Shown here piece by piece: positions 59,562 to 64,000 of a stretch of DNA of 64,000 nt. Under the pieces are notes generated by a model. The model made no database searches and was not told where the DNA came from. It saw nothing but the letters and a program-made list of their open reading frames with translations. How positions within the stretch are numbered: the stretch's first letter is position 1; every line of letters begins with the position of its first letter. Made by a program: the position numbers and the translations under genes. This DNA is from Vicinamibacteria bacterium (GTDB lineage Bacteria > Acidobacteriota > Vicinamibacteria > Marinacidobacterales > Marinacidobacteraceae), in assembly GCA_963555995.3 (NCBI GenBank), contig OY821641.1, forward strand, positions 1,792,001-1,856,000, in the 5' to 3' direction.

Positions 59562-61249
59562 CGCACCGCTCCGGCCCCGATCCCGATGCTCGCGACGCGC
59601 CCGGCGCCTTCCTTGAGGACGTGGACCGCTCCCGCCGGCAGGAGTCCGAGGGACTCCTCCTTCCCCGACGGCCAGCGAACGCTGACCTCGCTCGCGCCTG
59701 CCGCCGGGCCGAGACCGAACCAGAGCACCGGATCGTGCTGGGAGAGGTAGCTCGCCCCCGCCCGCCGCTCCTCCTCCTGCCGCACGCCGCCCCCTGCGAG
59801 CCGGACGCGCGCGCCGATTCCCTCCCGGTTCCCCTCGGCGCCGATCAGCAGCAGACCCACAGTGTTGCCGGCCTCGGCCCCACCCCGGTTCTCGAGGAGT
59901 TCCGCCGGGCCGCGGTTGTTGGCGAGCACGAGGTCGAGGTCCCCGTCGAGGTCGTAGTCGAGGGTGGCGAGGCCCCGGCCCACCCGGGGCCGGGCGAAGT
60001 CGCCCTCGCTCCGGCGGCGGCGCCGGAGCCGCCCGCGGTCGTTCCCGAACACCTGGCCGGGCTGGGCGAAGGTCAGGTTCGACTGGATCCTGGCGATGTT
60101 GTCGAGGATGTGGCCGTTCGCGACCACCAGGTCGAGCCAGCCGTCGTTGTCGAAGTCGGCGAGGTCGCAGCCGAAGGCCAACTCGGTGAGGCTCTCGCTC
60201 CCGAGTCCGAACGACGCCGTCGCGTCGAGGAAGAGGCCCCCGCCGAGGTTCCGGTAGAGCGTGTTCGTCTCGAAATCGAAGTTCGTGACCACGAGGTCCA
60301 TGCGCCCGTCGCGGTCCACGTCCCCGAAGTCGTTCCCCATGCCGGCTTCGGGAAGGCCCTCCTCGTTGTACGCGACCCCCGACGCGAGCCCCTCCTCGAA
60401 GAACCCGACGCCACCCGGCCCGGCCGTCGTCCGGAACAGGAAGTTGGGGGTGGTGTCGTTCGCCACGTGCACATCGGGCGCGCCGTCCCCTCCCAGGTCG
60501 CTGACCACCACGCCGAGACCCTTCCCGTCCTCGGAGCCGGGCACCGGAGACGCCCGGAAGGTCCCGTCGCCCAGATTCTCGAAGAAAGAATCGGCCGCGC
60601 CCGGGTACTCCTGCGGGTGGCAGTAGGCGAGCAGTTCCCGGACCGGGCTGACGCAGTCCCGGTGCCGCTCGATCGCGTAGTCGAGGTAGTTCGCGGCGTA
60701 GACGTCGAGGTCCCCGTCGCGGTCCGGATCGAAGAGCGCCGCGCTCGTGGTCCAGCGGGGGTCGGTCGCGCCGGCCGCGCCGGACGCTTCCCGGAAGGTG
60801 CCGTCCCCCCGGTTCCAGAAGAGCCGCTCCTCCCCGAAGTGGGTAACCAGCAGGTCCGGATCGCCGTCGCCGTCGAGGTCGCCCGCGACCGCGCCCATAC
60901 CGTAGCGGAGCCGGTCCGGCGGATCGAGAAGCCCGGCGGCTTCGGTGCGGTCCCGGAAGGTGCCGTCTCCGCGGTTCCGGAAGAGGCGGTTTCCGACCGT
61001 GGCCCCGCCCGGGTCGCCCGGCAGCGGATGCCCGTTCACGAAGAAGAGATCGGGCCACCCGTCGCCGTCGTAGTCGAGCACCGCGACGCCCGACCCCACG
61101 ATCTCGATCACGTAGCGCCGGCCGCTCCCCCCGTCCTCGTGGTGGAACCGGATTCCGGCTTCCTCGGTCCGGTCCACGAAGACGAAGTTCTCGGCCGCCG
61201 CCGGCGCCGCGGCGAGCAGCGCGGCGAACCCGAAGCGGAGGTGCGCCAT
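59558..61249 (-). CDS. CRTAC1-like FG-GAP/ASPIC-UnbV protein
   Basis: DYDGDGWPDL repeats; SYLSQHDPVLWFGLG...VRWPSG. Confidence 0.88.
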   Translation of the reverse strand: MAHLRFGFAALLAAAPAAAENFVFVDRTEEAGIRFHHEDGGSGRRYVIEIVGSGVAVLDYDGDGWPDLFFVNGHPLPGDPGGATVGNRLFRNRGDGTFRDRTEAAGLLDPPDRLRYGMGAVAGDLDGDGDPDLLVTHFGEERLFWNRGDGTFREASGAAGATDPRWTTSAALFDPDRDGDLDVYAANYLDYAIERHRDCVSPVRELLAYCHPQEYPGAADSFFENLGDGTFRASPVPGSEDGKGLGVVVSDLGGDGAPDVHVANDTTPNFLFRTTAGPGGVGFFEEGLASGVAYNEEGLPEAGMGNDFGDVDRDGRMDLVVTNFDFETNTLYRNLGGGLFLDATASFGLGSESLTELAFGCDLADFDNDGWLDLVVANGHILDNIARIQSNLTFAQPGQVFGNDRGRLRRRRRSEGDFARPRVGRGLATLDYDLDGDLDLVLANNRGPAELLENRGGAEAGNTVGLLLIGAEGNREGIGARVRLAGGGVRQEEERRAGASYLSQHDPVLWFGLGPAAGASEVSVRWPSGKEESLGLLPAGAVHVLKEGAGRVASIGIGAGAVR

Positions 61250-62181
61250 CAGCGCGGGCGGGCCTTCGCGCGGGTGCGGGAAAGCGAGCGTCCGGGTTCC
61301 TCCCCCGCCGCCGCGGCCTCGGCGAACCGGCGGCGCACCGCGGCCGCCTCTTCCGGGCGCCCGAGCAGCGCCAGCGCGGCGGCGAGGTTGTAGAGCGCCT
61401 GACGGTGGCCGGGGTTCGCCGCCAGCGCGGCCTCGAAGGAGGCGACGGCGCGTTCCGGGCGGCCCGCCTCCAGTTCGAGCCTCCCGAGCCCCACGAGGGC
61501 GGCCGGCAGTCCGGGCGCCTCGGCGAGCGCCGCCCGGTAGGCCTCCCGGGCCTCTTCCGGACGCCCCAACTGGGAGAGCGTGCGCCCGAGCGCCACGTGG
61601 GCCTCGACGTTCCGGGGATCCAGGACCACCGCCTTCCCGAAGGCTTCCGCCGCCGGCTCCAGCGCCCCGAGGGCGGCTTCCGCCAGCCCCAGGTAGAAGG
61701 GGGCCTGCGCGTTGTTCGGCGCCACCGCCCGCGCCCGGCGCAGGACCGCGCGGGCGGAAATGCCATCGAGCCTCGTGTAGTGGGTGTACCCGAGCTGGAC
61801 GAGGATGGGAGCGGCGCGCGGGAAGCGCTTCGCGCCCTCCAGAAGGACATCCACCGCCTCGCCCGAGGCGCCCGTCCGCAGGAGCGCCGTGCCGAGCGAC
61901 AGCGTCAGCGCCGGATTCGGGGTTTCCGCCAGGGACTCCGCCCGGCGGAGCGCGTCCACCGCCTCTTCCGGCCGGTCGTCCTGGAGGAGCGCGACTCCCA
62001 GGTAGTAGTGGGACCGGGAGTCCGGAGCCGCCGCCACCAGCCGGCGGAACGATTCCACCGCCGCCCGGGGGTTCCCGGCATCGAGCCAGCGCTGGCCGGT
62101 GCGCAGCAGGGCCTCGGGGTCCTGGCCGCCGAACCCCACCGCCGCCGAGAGCAGCAGCGCGGCCGTTAGCGAACGGATCAC
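61249..62181 (-). CDS. Secreted TPR-repeat protein
   Basis: Signal peptide from GTG 62181; multiple TPR units (AVVLDPRNVEAHVALG, ANPGHRQALYNLA). Confidence 0.82.
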   Translation of the reverse strand: MIRSLTAALLLSAAVGFGGQDPEALLRTGQRWLDAGNPRAAVESFRRLVAAAPDSRSHYYLGVALLQDDRPEEAVDALRRAESLAETPNPALTLSLGTALLRTGASGEAVDVLLEGAKRFPRAAPILVQLGYTHYTRLDGISARAVLRRARAVAPNNAQAPFYLGLAEAALGALEPAAEAFGKAVVLDPRNVEAHVALGRTLSQLGRPEEAREAYRAALAEAPGLPAALVGLGRLELEAGRPERAVASFEAALAANPGHRQALYNLAAALALLGRPEEAAAVRRRFAEAAAAGEEPGRSLSRTRAKARPR

Positions 62182-62201
62182 GCGCGGAGCGCCGGGGTAC
62201 C

Positions 62202-62376
62202 GGGAGCGCCGGTCTTCAGACCGGCATCGTCTCCCGCAGGGAGACGAAACTCCCATGCTTCGTCTGCCGCCTGGCAGGGCGTCACCCGAGACGGCGTTAC
62301 GCCAGGCGGCAGCGTGATCACGGGAATTTCGCCCGTCCTCCGGACGGGCGATGCCGGTCTGAAGACCGGCGCTCCC
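62202..62376. repeat. REPIN
   Basis: GGGAGCGCCGGTCTTCAGACCGGC ... exact inverse. Confidence 0.8.
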
Positions 62377-62408
62377 AGCCGTATCCGCCATCTTCACTAC
62401 CGGATAGA

Positions 62409-63446
62409 TCAGGATCCCCCCGGGAAGAGCGCCGCCAGGAACTCGTCGTCGAGGCCCGGATGCCGGGTCCAGCGCAGCGTGGACTCGAGCTGGCCGCGGA
62501 AGAGATCGTTCATCCCGGCGGCCTTCCGGAGGACCTCGAGGGCGCGGTCCCGGTTGCCCAGCGAGTAGCTCAGCAGGCCCAGGTGCAGCCAGGGGTCGGA
62601 GGCATCGGGCCAGAGTTCGGTGGCCCGTTCCGCCGCCGCCAGCGCGCCGGCGCCGTCGCCGGCCTGGTTCCGCTCCCGGCTGCGGGACATCGCGGTGATC
62701 GCGAGGTTGATGTTCAGCACCCGTCCGAGTTCCTCGATCGGGCGCGGGTGGTCCTCGACCTGGAGCCTCGCCACCACGTCGTTGTTGATGTTCCGGCCCA
62801 TCCCCTTGCCGACCACCAGCAGCGCCGACGACTGCCGCCCGCGGGCGTCTCCGCCGGCCTCCTGTCCGGCGACCATCGCCGCCTGCATCTTCTCCGCGAG
62901 CGTGCCCCCGGCGGCCTCGAAGGCGTCCCCCATCGCCTCCACGACCTCGGGTCCGGTCAGGATGTTCCCCTGCGCCGAGTAGTGCTCACCCACCCGGTGC
63001 CCGGCCCAGAACGTGGCGGTCGGCCCGGTGTGGGCCGCGATCCCGCCGTTCGCGTCCACCACCGCGAACTGCCGTCCCTCGAGGCCGGGGAAGGTGTCCT
63101 CGGCGAGCAGCCGGTCCTTCACCTCCTCGGCGCTCAGCCCCTGCCGCAGGAGGTCGAGTCCCTGGAGGCCGTAACCGGCGTTCACGTTGGCCTGGGTGGC
63201 GACCACGCCGACTCCGGCCTCTCCCCACGGAACCACGTGCCCCACCGAGAAGTACCGGGACTGGACCGCGACCCCCATCTCCCCGGTGTCGGGGTCGTAG
63301 GCGACGATGGAGAAGGTCGCGACCGGCGGGTGGGTGGCCTGCGCCAGCGCCGGCGCCGCGCCCACCCCGAGAATGAGGAGGGCGGTGATGAGGATTCGTC
63401 TCGCGCGCACGTTGCAGTTCCTCCCGTGTCTGGACAGCGGGCTCAT
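62409..63446 (-). CDS. DUF1028 (Ntn-hydrolase-like) protein with C-terminal TPR
   Basis: TFSIVAYDPDTGEMGVAVQS, QGNIL, GGDARGRQS; start may be GTG 63410. Confidence 0.88.
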   Translation of the reverse strand: MSPLSRHGRNCNVRARRILITALLILGVGAAPALAQATHPPVATFSIVAYDPDTGEMGVAVQSRYFSVGHVVPWGEAGVGVVATQANVNAGYGLQGLDLLRQGLSAEEVKDRLLAEDTFPGLEGRQFAVVDANGGIAAHTGPTATFWAGHRVGEHYSAQGNILTGPEVVEAMGDAFEAAGGTLAEKMQAAMVAGQEAGGDARGRQSSALLVVGKGMGRNINNDVVARLQVEDHPRPIEELGRVLNINLAITAMSRSRERNQAGDGAGALAAAERATELWPDASDPWLHLGLLSYSLGNRDRALEVLRKAAGMNDLFRGQLESTLRWTRHPGLDDEFLAALFPGGS

Positions 63447-63516
63447 GGTACGCGCCTCCGGCGGGCTCCGGCGAAACCAACCGCGCGTCAGCCAGGCGCC
63501 GTGATGGCGCCGCCGG

Positions 63517-63726
63517 GGGAGCGCCGGTCTTCAGACCGGCACGCGCTGCGCAAGCGCGCAGCGCACGACACGAGGCTGGCCGGCGCGGTGGCGCTCGGCT
63601 CCCGGTTCATCACCGCAGACAGCGACTCGACATCCGCGGGCCTGCGGCCCGCGGTGCCGGTCTGAAGACCGGCGCTCCCGGGCGTTTCGCGCTTCCGCGT
63701 GATGCCAGCCGGAGGCTGGCGCTCCG
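63517..63726. repeat. REPIN plus variant arm
   Basis: Arms at 63517 and 63656-63679; GATGCCAGCCGGAGGCTGGCGCTCCG at 63701 is identical to 18019. Confidence 0.8.
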
Positions 63727-63731
63727 ACGGA

Positions 63732-64000
63732 TCAGCGGGGAGGTTCCGGCCGGGCGCCCTCCTCCCGGTTGAGGTCCTCGAAGCGCTCGAGCGCCGCCGC
63801 GGCTCCTTCCTCGTCGCCGAGGCGGCGCCGCGCGAAGGAGAGCTGGTAGTAGGCGTCGGCATAGTCCGGGGCGTGGCGGATCGCGGTCTCCAGCAGGCGG
63901 GCCGCCTCCTCTGCGTCGCCCCGGCGGAGCGCGATCTTCCCGAGGTTGAGCCACGCCTCCGGGAAGTCCTCTCCCTGTTCGAGGGCGCGCCGGAACGCGG
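63732..64000 (-). CDS. TPR protein, 3' end only
   Basis: Manual translation FPEAWLNLGKI...APDYADAYYQLS...*. Confidence 0.75.
   Translation of the reverse strand, partial: AFRRALEQGEDFPEAWLNLGKIALRRGDAEEAARLLETAIRHAPDYADAYYQLSFARRRLGDEEGAAAALERFEDLNREEGARPEPPR

Noticed and set aside
59562-61850. 1323-aa giant CRTAC1 protein
   Set aside because: The upstream part is an off-frame overlap with the neighbouring genes; the real start is ATG 59561

Overview
Very GC-rich bacterial chromosomal segment. The gene repertoire (paired CRTAC1/ASPIC-UnbV proteins with TPR genes, NHL lipoproteins, HupE/UreJ, DUF1028) suggests Acidobacteriota; this is inference. Most genes are housekeeping and on the minus strand: folD, thiE, accC/accB, pilMNOPQ, tag, leuA/leuC/leuD, ilvE, NamZ, a NagZ-AmiE-like fusion, fabI, ligA, lysA and modABC. 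There are three toxin-antitoxin-type loci and an orphan N4-C methyltransferase. Unusual points: (1) a single-chain AddB-AddA fusion whose AddA nuclease domain appears split off as a separate, apparently dead ORF; (2) a helically phased AGCAATGGTCAA direct-repeat array beside a wHTH gene; (3) a candidate Val/Leu leader-peptide attenuator coupled to leuA; (4) three identical tandem 179-bp MITE-like elements; (5) twelve REP/REPIN loci, one apparently translated at the N-terminus of a site-2 protease; (6) a triple-RidA lipoprotein and a LigA with a duplicated HhH block. I saw no rRNA, tRNA, CRISPR array, transposase or integrase.
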